A stretch of 64,000 nt of DNA from Bacteroidales bacterium (GCA_036794825.1 DAIRGA010000029.1:3075-67074), one strand, 5' to 3'. Shown: positions 18,633 to 27,540, counted from the stretch's first letter. Numbers and translations: made by a program. Notes: a model not told the origin generated them from the sequence alone.

Positions 18633-19499
18633 TTAGGGGTAGCCTGAGCGATTGGCCTTATGGCCTGTGGTGATTATAGGAAGAAACATGTTCATGTAAG
18701 ATCGAAAAGAGCGAAAAGAGATTCGATTGAGTCTACTTTCAATGAATTTTAATATATTGATATTTAGCTTTTTACAAGAATTATTTAATTTGTTTATTTT
18801 AATACTGACCATCTCTGAGAAAGGTGTTGAATTCAAATAAAACATGGGACTTTGCTGCTGACGAAACGGATAAAGGGTACCCAATGCAACTCTTATTGCT
18901 GGCTTTGGCTGCACAACATTCACAGGTGTTACCAATACCACTTCAAATACAACTTCCGTAAATTTTTTTCCCATAATCAGTCGCAATATGTTATCAATGA
19001 ATACATTACAAAGTTCACAAGTCCTTAAAAACCATCTGGATGCAGCCTGGGATCGAGCAACAATTGCTTCGTTTAGATTCAGCAGATTCTCCTCAAACAG
19101 GAAATTGGATTGCTTTTCATCTGTTGAAGCAATCGAGGAATTGGTTTGAAATGCGTTTCCATCATCTTCCACCAACGCGATTTCGTCCATCTCGCTGTAG
19201 AAAACCTGGAACCATTGCCCCAGTTTGCTATTGATTCTGATGTAGTAGGGGCGAAAAAATTCTGCAATCCTATTCATTGCATAAACTAAGTAAGGTGTCA
19301 GGAATTCAATGAGCATTATCAGTAATTTGTACAAAGTGCTCAGCGCCAGCAGTGTCAGATGCCATAAAACCTTCAGTGTTGTTTTCAGAAAGGCTAGAAC
19401 TACAGGACTGTAACGGGTAATGTAAAATGCACTGATCTGCATCCCTTTCAGGGTCAAACCAGCAATTTGTTTCAATAGAATTATAACTGCTTTTTTCAT
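18633..19499 (-). CDS. hypothetical membrane-associated protein (orphan)
   Basis: A long ORF in an AT-rich stretch, with a hydrophobic N-terminal region (VLWHLTLLALSTLYKLLIMLIEFLTPYLVYAM). I recognised no family. ATG 19499 (MKKAVIILL) is preferred over TTG 19559. Confidence 0.5.
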   Translation of the reverse strand: MKKAVIILLKQIAGLTLKGMQISAFYITRYSPVVLAFLKTTLKVLWHLTLLALSTLYKLLIMLIEFLTPYLVYAMNRIAEFFRPYYIRINSKLGQWFQVFYSEMDEIALVEDDGNAFQTNSSIASTDEKQSNFLFEENLLNLNEAIVARSQAASRWFLRTCELCNVFIDNILRLIMGKKFTEVVFEVVLVTPVNVVQPKPAIRVALGTLYPFRQQQSPMFYLNSTPFSEMVSIKINKLNNSCKKLNINILKFIESRLNRISFRSFRSYMNMFLPIITTGHKANRSGYP

Positions 19500-19618
19500 T
19501 TTGGATTGATTATTTGGGGATGAGTAATGATTTTTTCGATTAGATGTCAATTTAATCAATTAAGTTTGTTGTTTGCTTAATTTCTTCTACTGAACTTCAA
19601 ATGATGAAATTTGTGCGA

Positions 19619-19626
19619 CAAAAATA
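19619..19626 (-). promoter_or_regulatory. -7 promoter box TATTTTTG
   Basis: TAnnTTTG match on the minus strand, about 120 nt upstream of ATG 19499. Confidence 0.3.
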
Positions 19627-19669
19627 GTTTATTAAATATCCAGTAATCAATGATTTAACGATAATTAAA

Positions 19670-19798
19670 ACTTAAATTTTACCTTAATCAACTCACTTAA
19701 GTAACTGAAATCATTAACTTAAAAACTTAAATTAACTTAAATATGTAACTTAAGTATTGACTTAAGTAATTTAAATTAATTACCTTTACCGCACTTAA
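19670..19798. repeat. array of 8 ACTTAA cores, 3 of them perfect 8-bp palindromes ACTTAAGT; candidate operator or iteron array
   Basis: The cores start at 19670, 19695 (ACTTAAGT), 19717, 19725, 19735, 19748 (ACTTAAGT), 19760 (ACTTAAGT) and 19793. The central five are spaced 8-13 bp apart. The array lies in the divergent region between 18633-19499 (-) and 19882-21036 (+). Confidence 0.7.
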
Positions 19799-19881
19799 AT
19801 AGTAACAAATCCTTCAAATAATTGACTTTTAATTCGATGATATTCAGGGGTTTGGTGATTAAACTGTAAATTCAGTTACCC

Positions 19882-21036
19882 ATGCGAGGAAAGTTTTCAT
19901 TTCTGGGACACGATCTGGAGATCATTCTGAGCCAATCCAGGCAATTACTGCCCGGAATCCGGCGGATGGATGCATTTTACCATGATTCCTCCACTGAGAC
20001 TTTTACCGCAGTGACCATTAATCCGGAGGATGATCCCCCGGAACCTTACGAGCTGATGATTGAAGGTAAAGCAGAGCCACTGCTCAAACTTATCCATCTG
20101 AAAAGCTCTTACAGCTGGTATGCTGATGAAGAGTTGCCCTACAATATCAAAGGCTCCTCCCCGAAGATTCCGGATGTTTTCAGCGAACTGAACAAGGTGG
20201 TTTTGATGATAAGACTCAGCAATGACGATGGTTCGGCAAGAGATGCACTGGTAATATATTTTCGTGAAAAAATGTCGAATTTCGGGATGAATCTTGCTCA
20301 GAAAGAGCTAACTGCCGAGCATAAAGAGATTATAGCCCATATGCTGATAAACATGGTTACCACCGTCCGAAACATTGCCAGGCTTGACCGGACGGTCTGG
20401 AATCCTATAAAAGAAATTATGAAGGAAAACCATTTCAAGATGGATCAAACCACGCGAAAACTTGATGATCTGATGCAACGTTATCAGGAAAGGCTCGTTG
20501 ATTCCTGCAACTATTTCCTGTCCAATATTTCGGCAAACGAAGGCAGAAAATATGTTTTTACCGAAGGAGCACTCAGGTTGATAAAGTCTTCATCTGTTGA
20601 ATATTACAAAATTGAAAACGCTATCAAACTGGCCGTACAACTGGCCAACAATTTCCATTCGGACGACGAAGGCCCGCAGATTGAGATTACCGAGAACTTT
20701 CTGAATTTCAATGCCGCGAAACTGGAGGAAGAGAAGAGTGATCTTGCAGATACGGTTTATGAAAAGCCATTTAATTACCTGACCAGCTTAGAGTTACTTG
20801 CTGAAAAAGTGAAAGCTAAAAATTTGCAGGTTAAATCACAAACCGTTGTGGATGAAATGGAAAACCCGGTTAATCCTTCGGCCATAACCTGGATGGTAAA
20901 CCACAATATGAAAGCCATCCAGCACCTGTTTAGACTTTATCCCGACAAGTGGCCGATCATCCGGAATGAATTCAAACCGATATTAAGGATAATCAAGCAA
21001 GCAGATCAGCCGCAACGAATCAAGAGAAGCGAATAA
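19882..21036 (+). CDS. hypothetical protein; possible sigma-54-activator-derived regulator lacking the ATPase core
   Basis: Residues 196-256 (nt 20467-20649) read LMQRYQERLVDSCNYFLSNISANEGRKYVFTEGALRLIKSSSVEYYKIENAIKLAVQLA. This resembles the bEBP lid region (LRER.EDI..L..HFL......G.....FS.EAL..L....WPGNVRELEN.IERAV.LA). I saw no Walker A/B or GAFTGA. A C-terminal HTH is possible (NPSAITWMVNHNMKAIQHLFRLY). Confidence 0.4.
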   Translation: MRGKFSFLGHDLEIILSQSRQLLPGIRRMDAFYHDSSTETFTAVTINPEDDPPEPYELMIEGKAEPLLKLIHLKSSYSWYADEELPYNIKGSSPKIPDVFSELNKVVLMIRLSNDDGSARDALVIYFREKMSNFGMNLAQKELTAEHKEIIAHMLINMVTTVRNIARLDRTVWNPIKEIMKENHFKMDQTTRKLDDLMQRYQERLVDSCNYFLSNISANEGRKYVFTEGALRLIKSSSVEYYKIENAIKLAVQLANNFHSDDEGPQIEITENFLNFNAAKLEEEKSDLADTVYEKPFNYLTSLELLAEKVKAKNLQVKSQTVVDEMENPVNPSAITWMVNHNMKAIQHLFRLYPDKWPIIRNEFKPILRIIKQADQPQRIKRSE

Positions 21037-21058
21037 TTCAGACAAAACAGGATAATAG

Positions 21059-21913
21059 ATGGATAAGCCAGGAAACAAGATTAACCAGATGTTTGCATGG
21101 GAACACATGGTAACAGGCGGCAAGGTTATTGAGTGTAAATCATTTGATTTTGAGCTTCTTAATCAGCATCCATCGGTGTATGAGGTAATTAGAATTATGG
21201 AGTCTGTGCCATTGTTCCTGGAGAATCATCTTGAAAGATTTCATCAATCGCTGCAATTAGCTGGTGTAACATCATCATTTTCAAATACTGAAATAGCTGC
21301 AACAATAAAAATGCTGATCGAGGCTAACCCGCCTGAGTTTGGTAACATAAAACTGCTCTACCCGATTAATCCCGGACAGCAAAATTGTGGACTTACAGCA
21401 TTCTTTATCCCTCATAAATATCCCGAACCTCCAATGTATGAAAATGGGGCTGAGGTAGTTACGTTGATAAAAAGCAGAAACAACCCCAACGCCAAAATTA
21501 GTAACCCGGATCTCAGGCTTCTGGCCGATAAACGGATTGCCAGCGAAAATGTCTTCGAGGTTTTGCTGGTAGACGAAACAGGGAAAATCACCGAGTGCAG
21601 TCGCTCCAATATCTTTTTCACCGATCAGGAGAAAATTGTGACTTCACCAGGAAGCCTTGTATTGAAGGGAATTACAAGGGATTATATTTTTAGGATTTGC
21701 GAAATGAACAATATCCCTTTGCAGGAGAGGATCATCTATCATGATGAACTTGCGACATTTTCGGCAGCTTTTATTACGGGAACATCTCCGAAGGTTTTGC
21801 CTGTACGCAGAATTGACAACAATTATTATCCTGCTAATAATCCGCTGGTTAACAGGATTATGTATCTCTACAACCATGAAATCGAACTTTATCTTGCCTC
21901 GAAAAGGCGATAA
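21059..21913 (+). CDS. aminotransferase class IV (branched-chain/D-amino-acid aminotransferase or aminodeoxychorismate-lyase family)
   Basis: The fold-type IV pattern is visible (LENHLERFHQSL, SNIFFTDQEKIVTSP, LKGITRDYI, AFITGTSPKVLPV). It starts 22 nt after the preceding ORF. Confidence 0.75.
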   Translation: MDKPGNKINQMFAWEHMVTGGKVIECKSFDFELLNQHPSVYEVIRIMESVPLFLENHLERFHQSLQLAGVTSSFSNTEIAATIKMLIEANPPEFGNIKLLYPINPGQQNCGLTAFFIPHKYPEPPMYENGAEVVTLIKSRNNPNAKISNPDLRLLADKRIASENVFEVLLVDETGKITECSRSNIFFTDQEKIVTSPGSLVLKGITRDYIFRICEMNNIPLQERIIYHDELATFSAAFITGTSPKVLPVRRIDNNYYPANNPLVNRIMYLYNHEIELYLASKRR

Positions 21914-21990
21914 TCAAGGAAACACACTTAATGCAGGATTCTAAATTTAAAGTCAGGAAAGCTGTGAAAAGGCAGGAGTCCAGGTATTCT

Positions 21991-24402
21991 TTAGGCTGAG
22001 GTTGATTTTTCATCAATGTTTTTGGTATTGGGCAAAAAGAAAGACAATCTTTCGAAAAGTTCAGATATGTCAACCGGTTTGTTGATGCACCCTGAGAACA
22101 TTTTTCTAATTTCGGGATCAAGCTTCGGGAAATCAATTGATGCTGTAAAAGCAATAATAGGTATGTCTTTTAGCTCGTCAATAGATTTCAGCTCTTTCGC
22201 AGCTTCGATCCCATTCATAACCGGCATTTTCATATCAGATAAAATGACTGTTGGTTTTACTTCCCTGGCTTTTTTAATCAATTCCTCACCATTTTCCACA
22301 AGGTGTAACTCAATAGCAGTCTCTTCGAAAAACGAGCTTACCATTTTACGGTTCAGCTCTTCATCATCGGCAACGAGTAAAATTCCGCCGGTGAAGCTGA
22401 AATTCATATCCGGTAATGCAATTCTCTGACTTTTATATTCGGTGGTTTCAGGAACACCTGCCGACAGTCGGTGTAACTGTAAAGTGAATTTGCTGCCTAT
22501 TCCCGGCTGGCTTTCGAGCTGTATTTCTCCACCCATGATTTTGGCCAGCTCCTGTGAAATCGCCAGACCAAGACCGGTGCCGCCATAAACTGACCCGCTT
22601 TTTTGCCGGGCCTGATAAAAAGCATCGAAAATATGTTGCTGGTCTTCGGTGCTGATTCCGATGCCAGTATCCTCGACTATGATTTCGATGTCATACATGC
22701 TGGTTGCGTAAACCCTGGGATCGCGTTGGCCCTGATGCACCGTAATTTTGATAAATCCTTCCTGCGTAAACTTCAAAGCGTTACCAACCAGGTTTACAAG
22801 AATCTGCCTGACCATAGTGTGATCCAGGTAAAAATTTTCGGGCAGATTCTTGTCATAGTTTAGAGTGACCTCAATATTTTTGTCTTTTGCCCTGAGGTTG
22901 AAAGAATGCCAGATCTCGGTCACCAGCGACCTGAGGTTAGTATTTATCGGGTTCAGGGTCATTCTACCGGCCTCAATTTTCGACATATCGAGGATATCGT
23001 TGAGCAGCGAGAGCAGGTTATAACTGCTGACTTCAATGGCATCAACGAATTCCAACAATTTGGTATCCTGAACTTTACGTTTTAAATTGCTATTAAACCC
23101 AATGATGACATTCAATGGCGTTCTTACTTCATGGCTCATATTGGCAAGGAACTGGCTTTTAAACTCAAGTACGCGCTCTATCTCAGCTTTTGCTTTTGTG
23201 AGGTCGCTGTTGGTTTTCTCCAGTTCTTTTTGGGTTAAATCTACTTTTCTTTTCGCCCGCTTTACCTTATTGAATAGGTAGGAAATGAATCCAAGTGCAG
23301 AAAAACCAGCAACAAGTATGGCTATCATAATTCTGTTTGCTCTCTGTTGCCTGAAGTTCTTAAGTTCGGCAATTTCCATCTGCTGGTTCAACGCAGCCTC
23401 TTTTCTTTCGAAATCAAAGGTAGCCTGCAACTCTTTTATCTCTTTTTCCTTTTCGACCGTAAAAAGCGAGTCCTTGTACAACGAGTTGAGCTCGAGGTAT
23501 TTGAAGGCATTTTTATACTCACCGATTTTTGAATAATAATTCGAGTAAATCTCATAAACATTCCGGATTACCCGCAGATTACCATTGGCTTTTGCCATTT
23601 CGAGGCTTTTTTCGATATAAACCATGCCTTCTTCGGGTTTATCCAGGTAAACGATGAGGCAGTTTGCCATATTCAGCAGTAAAACAGCTCTTTCGTAAGT
23701 CGGAAGGTAATCAATGAGCTCGTAAGCGATGTAATAATTTTCAATTGCCTCCTTGTATTTTTGCTGCGCTAGATGGATAGAGCCAAGGTTATTGTAAATA
23801 ATTGAGAGGGCTTTTCTGTCATTTCCGGCCTGGAATACTGGCAAAGCTTTGGACAGATAAGCGAAAGCTGAGTCATGTTCTTTTAGCATATGAAGCAGGT
23901 AACCATAGTTCATTTCGGCTATTGCAATTTTATTTGGATCGCCGGCTTTGATTTTGAGGTCGAGGGATTTTTTAAAATACTCACGGCTCATTTCGTACTC
24001 TCCGGTGGTACGGTACAGTATCCCCAAATTATTAAAAAGCTGGTCAATCCTGGGGGTGTCCTGTGCTGTCTCGCTGATGCTCAGAGCGTTAAGCCAATAT
24101 CTTGCTGTTACATTGTAATCACCCTGATAATAATAGGTAGTACCCATCACAATGTTGAAAACGCTCTCATGCTTGAATTTTTTTTCTTTTGCTGCGTATT
24201 CTATAGCCTCCTGACAAACAGCCCGGCAGCTGTCGAGGTCTTCTTTCATCAGTTGATCGGTGAGCGCTTTGTAGGTCCAAAGCCGGGTTTCCGATGAAGA
24301 TGTATCGCTGTTTATTACCGCCCTGAGACTGTCAATCACCGGATTTGAAAATAGCAGATACCCATTGAATCCAAATACCACAAGAAGGATTAGTCTTTTC
24401 AT
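21991..24402 (-). CDS. TPR-repeat hybrid sensor histidine kinase / response regulator
   Basis: A signal/TM segment and about 8 TPR-like repeats, then a TM helix and a coiled coil. H-box SQFLANMSHEVRTPLN; HATPase motifs NLVGNALKFT, DTGIGI, GGTGLGLAIS; receiver LLVADDEELN, VILSDMKMPVMNG. ATG 24402 (MKRLILLVV) is preferred over GTG 24432. Confidence 0.9.
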   Translation of the reverse strand: MKRLILLVVFGFNGYLLFSNPVIDSLRAVINSDTSSSETRLWTYKALTDQLMKEDLDSCRAVCQEAIEYAAKEKKFKHESVFNIVMGTTYYYQGDYNVTARYWLNALSISETAQDTPRIDQLFNNLGILYRTTGEYEMSREYFKKSLDLKIKAGDPNKIAIAEMNYGYLLHMLKEHDSAFAYLSKALPVFQAGNDRKALSIIYNNLGSIHLAQQKYKEAIENYYIAYELIDYLPTYERAVLLLNMANCLIVYLDKPEEGMVYIEKSLEMAKANGNLRVIRNVYEIYSNYYSKIGEYKNAFKYLELNSLYKDSLFTVEKEKEIKELQATFDFERKEAALNQQMEIAELKNFRQQRANRIMIAILVAGFSALGFISYLFNKVKRAKRKVDLTQKELEKTNSDLTKAKAEIERVLEFKSQFLANMSHEVRTPLNVIIGFNSNLKRKVQDTKLLEFVDAIEVSSYNLLSLLNDILDMSKIEAGRMTLNPINTNLRSLVTEIWHSFNLRAKDKNIEVTLNYDKNLPENFYLDHTMVRQILVNLVGNALKFTQEGFIKITVHQGQRDPRVYATSMYDIEIIVEDTGIGISTEDQQHIFDAFYQARQKSGSVYGGTGLGLAISQELAKIMGGEIQLESQPGIGSKFTLQLHRLSAGVPETTEYKSQRIALPDMNFSFTGGILLVADDEELNRKMVSSFFEETAIELHLVENGEELIKKAREVKPTVILSDMKMPVMNGIEAAKELKSIDELKDIPIIAFTASIDFPKLDPEIRKMFSGCINKPVDISELFERLSFFLPNTKNIDEKSTSA

Positions 24403-24671
24403 AGTTAATGGTTTAATAACATTTTCCTGCACGTTGACGAACGATTACCTGAAAAAATGACCTGAACCTATCCTACATCAATTTCCTGATTATAATCTTC
24501 GTTTTCTGAGATTTGCAAAAATAGCCAAACTTTTACTGCAGGGCTTCTTCAAATATTGGTTATTCCGAAAATTTCGGAGAAAATCTATCTTCAGGCATTA
24601 TCTCATGAAGGTAGGTGCAATTACAATTGACCAAGCTGATGGTGGTCAGAGAAACTTTTTTTGTAGCGATG

Positions 24672-24702
24672 TTTGTTGATAATCAAAAAAAATCTACTTT
24701 TG
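24672..24702 (+). promoter_or_regulatory. rplM-rpsI promoter (-33 TTTG, -7 TACTTTTG)
   Basis: TTTG at 24672-24675 and TACTTTTG at 24695-24702 are separated by a 19-bp spacer. This fits the bipartite Bacteroidota consensus, 52 nt upstream of ATG 24755. Confidence 0.55.
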
Positions 24703-24754
24703 CAGCCCGTTTTTGAAACGGTTTTTTTTATGAACAGATTTAACTGATTAATAA

Positions 24755-25210
24755 ATGGATACCTTAAGTTTTAAAACTATCAGCGCTAATAAAGAGACAG
24801 TTACAAAAGAGTGGGTTCTCATTGACGCTGAAAACGAAGTTCTGGGGAGGCTCGCTTCCAAAGTTTCGATGCTTCTTAGGGGCAAACTCAAGCCAAACTT
24901 CACCCCGCACGTAGATTGCGGCGACAACGTGGTTATTATCAATGCTGAAAAAGTAAGACTTACCGGCGCAAAGTGGAATGATAAAGAATATATCACTCAC
25001 TCAGGATATCCTGGAGGCCAGAAAGTGTTGACCGCCAATCAGGTAAGGTTGCGCAAACCAACAGCGATCATCGAAGATGCCGTAAGGGGTATGCTTCCAA
25101 AAAACAGACTAGCCAGCCAGCTTTTCGGTAATCTTTACGTTTACGCTGGTCCGGAACATAAGCAGGAAGCGCAAAAGCCAAGGAAAATCAACTTAAATGA
25201 AATCAAATAA
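24755..25210 (+). CDS. rplM: 50S ribosomal protein L13
   Basis: KEWVLIDAENEVLGRLASKVSMLLRGKLKPNFTPHVDCGDNVVIINAEKVRLTG is canonical L13. Confidence 0.97.
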   Translation: MDTLSFKTISANKETVTKEWVLIDAENEVLGRLASKVSMLLRGKLKPNFTPHVDCGDNVVIINAEKVRLTGAKWNDKEYITHSGYPGGQKVLTANQVRLRKPTAIIEDAVRGMLPKNRLASQLFGNLYVYAGPEHKQEAQKPRKINLNEIK

Positions 25211-25212
25211 TT

Positions 25213-25599
25213 ATGGAAGTAATTAACGCAGTAGGCAGAAGAAAGACCGCTGTAGCAAGGGTTTTCGTTCAACCAGGCAATGGAAAAATCACCGTTAACA
25301 AACGCGAGTTTGAAAACTATTTCCCCGTAGAATCACTCCAAAACATTGTACGTCAGCCGCTAACGCTCACCAATAATATTGACAAATTTGATATTCTGGT
25401 CAATGTTGATGGCGGTGGTTTCAAAGGACAAGCTGAGGCGCTCCGACTTGCCATCTCAAGGGCAATCATCGAAATGTACCCCGAGCACCGTCCTGTCCTG
25501 AAAACCAATGGTTTCCTCAGAAGAGACCCGAGAATGGTGGAAAGGAAAAAGCCCGGTCAGAAAAAGGCCCGTAAAAGATTCCAGTTCAGTAAACGATAA
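25213..25599 (+). CDS. rpsI: 30S ribosomal protein S9
   Basis: GRRKTAVARVF..., GGGFKGQAEALRLAISRA, and the C-terminal KKARKRFQFSKR. Confidence 0.97.
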   Translation: MEVINAVGRRKTAVARVFVQPGNGKITVNKREFENYFPVESLQNIVRQPLTLTNNIDKFDILVNVDGGGFKGQAEALRLAISRAIIEMYPEHRPVLKTNGFLRRDPRMVERKKPGQKKARKRFQFSKR

Positions 25600-25705
25600 T
25601 TTCCGGATATTAAAGTGTTTAGTATCCAAACTTGTGAGACTTCATCACGCTTTGAACTACTCACAGGTTGCTTAATCGGAATGTAAACATAAAATCAAAA
25701 ACTTA

Positions 25706-26608
25706 ATGGCAAGAACAAATTTCGAAGAACTGCTCGATGCTGGTGTGCATTTCGGGCACTTAAAAAGAAAATGGAATCCCAACATGGCTCCCTATATCTT
25801 TATGGAGCGCAATGGAATTCACATTATTGATCTTTACAAAACCGCAGCTAAGATCGAAGAAGCTGCATCGGCGCTCAAACAGATCGCCAAATCAGGGAAA
25901 AAGGTGCTATTTGTAGCTACTAAAAAGCAGGCAAAAGACATCGTATCAGATAAGGTTAAACGTGTGGGTATGCCCTACGTTACTGAGCGCTGGCCTGGAG
26001 GTATGCTCACCAACTTTGCCACCATTCGCAAAGCAGTTCGTAAAATGACCTCGATTGACTCGATGATGAAGGATCCTTCCTATACCAACATTTCGAAAAG
26101 AGAGCGTTTACAGATTGCCCGTGAAAGAGCCAAACTGGAAAAGCAACTCGGTAGTATCGCCGATCTTAACCGACTCCCTTCAGCCCTTTTCATCATTGAT
26201 GTGATGAAAGAACACATTGCAGTAGCCGAAGCTAAAAAGCTGAATATTCCTACTTTCGCTATGGTAGATACCAACAGCGATCCCAAACTCGTAGATTTCC
26301 CGATTCCGGCCAACGACGACGCATCCAAATCCATTTCCCTCATCATCGAAATCATGGTAAAAGCCATTGAAGAAGGCCTGATGGAAAGAAAAGTGGAGAA
26401 AGACAAACGTGCAAAAGAGGACGAAGAGGACGCAGCTAACATCAGGACACGTTCGCGCCAGGAACTCGAATCTGAACTGGAAGAGGAAGAAGATGAAGAT
26501 GCCCGCGCTCTGAAAAAAGAGGAGATAAGAAGGCTGAAGAGAGAAGAAGAGGACACTGCAGAAAAAGAAAAGAGAGCCCGTAAAGGTGCAGCTATCAGAA
26601 AAAAATAA
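25706..26608 (+). CDS. rpsB: 30S ribosomal protein S2 with a long charged C-terminal tail
   Basis: LLDAGVHFGHLKRKWNPNMAPYIFMERNGIHIIDL, followed by a C-terminal E/K/D/R-rich extension of about 70 aa. Confidence 0.97.
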   Translation: MARTNFEELLDAGVHFGHLKRKWNPNMAPYIFMERNGIHIIDLYKTAAKIEEAASALKQIAKSGKKVLFVATKKQAKDIVSDKVKRVGMPYVTERWPGGMLTNFATIRKAVRKMTSIDSMMKDPSYTNISKRERLQIARERAKLEKQLGSIADLNRLPSALFIIDVMKEHIAVAEAKKLNIPTFAMVDTNSDPKLVDFPIPANDDASKSISLIIEIMVKAIEEGLMERKVEKDKRAKEDEEDAANIRTRSRQELESELEEEEDEDARALKKEEIRRLKREEEDTAEKEKRARKGAAIRKK

Positions 26609-26633
26609 TGTAAAACCATAAATCGTAATAAAA

Positions 26634-27467
26634 ATGTCAAATATATCAGCCGCAGACGTAGCAAAACTCCGTAAGCAAACCGGAGCCGGAATGATGGATT
26701 GTAAACAGGCTCTGGGGGAAAGCAATGGAGATTTTGAAAAAGCAATCGAATTTCTGCGTAAAAAGGGGGCAAAAGTAGCCGCAAAACGTGCCGATAAAGA
26801 TGCCACTGAAGGATTTGTAATGGCACAAACCAACAACAACAGCACTTTTGGTGTGGTTGTGATGGTAAACTGTGAAACCGACTTCGTGGGCAAGAGCGAA
26901 GAGTTTGTAACCTTTGTAAAAAATATTGCCTCCAAAGCAGTAGAAAACAAGGTAACCACGCTTGATGAGGCCCGCGCTATGAAGATTGGCGACCTCACCA
27001 TCGAACAAATGCTCAACGATCTTATCGGGAAAACCGGGGAGAAAATGGAATTCGACAGCTTTGCAGCCGTTGAAGCTCCTTTCGTGGCATCCTATAATCA
27101 CCTGGGAAATAAAATTGGAACCCTCGTTGCCCTCAACATGACTCATCCTGATGTTGCTGAAAAAGGACACGATGTGGCAATGCAGATTGCAGCCATGAAC
27201 CCGGTAGCCATTGATAAGGAAAACGTTACCCAGCACATGATTGATAAAGAGATTGAAATTGCAATGGAATTGGCACGTAAAGAGGGGAAACCGGAAAATA
27301 TGCTTGAAAAGATTGCTCAGGGAAGATTGCAGAAGTTTTTCAAAGAAAGCACTCTGCTTAACCAGGAGTTTATTAAGGACAACAAGAAGAGCGTTGGCGA
27401 TTATCTGAAAGATTCAGATAAAAACCTGACCGTTACTGCTTTCTATCGTTTCGGAATTGGCTCATAA
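26634..27467 (+). CDS. tsf: translation elongation factor Ts
   Basis: VAKLRKQTGAGMMDCKQALGESNGDFEKAIEFLRKKG (UBA-like N-terminus), then the EF-Ts dimerisation core. Confidence 0.97.
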   Translation: MSNISAADVAKLRKQTGAGMMDCKQALGESNGDFEKAIEFLRKKGAKVAAKRADKDATEGFVMAQTNNNSTFGVVVMVNCETDFVGKSEEFVTFVKNIASKAVENKVTTLDEARAMKIGDLTIEQMLNDLIGKTGEKMEFDSFAAVEAPFVASYNHLGNKIGTLVALNMTHPDVAEKGHDVAMQIAAMNPVAIDKENVTQHMIDKEIEIAMELARKEGKPENMLEKIAQGRLQKFFKESTLLNQEFIKDNKKSVGDYLKDSDKNLTVTAFYRFGIGS

Positions 27468-27490
27468 ATAATAAAAGAATAAGCACCAAG

Positions 27491-27522
27491 AAGGCGATCC
27501 GATGTGGTCGCCTTTTTTGTTT
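27491..27522 (+). terminator. rho-independent terminator after tsf
   Basis: A 7-bp stem (aaggcga 27491-27497 with tcgcctt 27508-27514) is followed by ttttttgtttt. Confidence 0.65.
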
Positions 27523-27540
27523 TCAGCAGAAATGGTTTAA

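Noticed and set aside
19670-19798. Possible CRISPR array or tandem-repeat locus
   Set aside because: The repeat unit is only 6-8 bp, with spacings of 8-33 bp. There are no unique spacers of CRISPR length and no cas genes. It is kept instead as a candidate operator or iteron array.
19853-19868. Sigma-54-type promoter (TGGTGATTAAACTGTA) upstream of 19882-21036
   Set aside because: The GG is correctly spaced, but the -12 element reads CTGTA rather than TTGCA and the -24 reads TGGTGA rather than TGGCAC. The match is too weak to call.
25600-25705. Imperfect inverted repeat (cttgtgag ... ctcacagg) between rpsI and rpsB as a possible S2 autoregulatory leader
   Set aside because: Only 7 of 8 bases pair, and I cannot match it to the known rpsB leader structure by eye. 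It needs a covariance-model search (Rfam) before any claim.
26080-27016. Two long minus-strand ORFs (248 and 278 aa) antisense to rpsB and tsf
   Set aside because: The plus strand encodes unmistakable S2 and EF-Ts. The antisense products are low-complexity S/F/L-rich strings created by the purine-rich sense codons, which makes them classic shadow ORFs.
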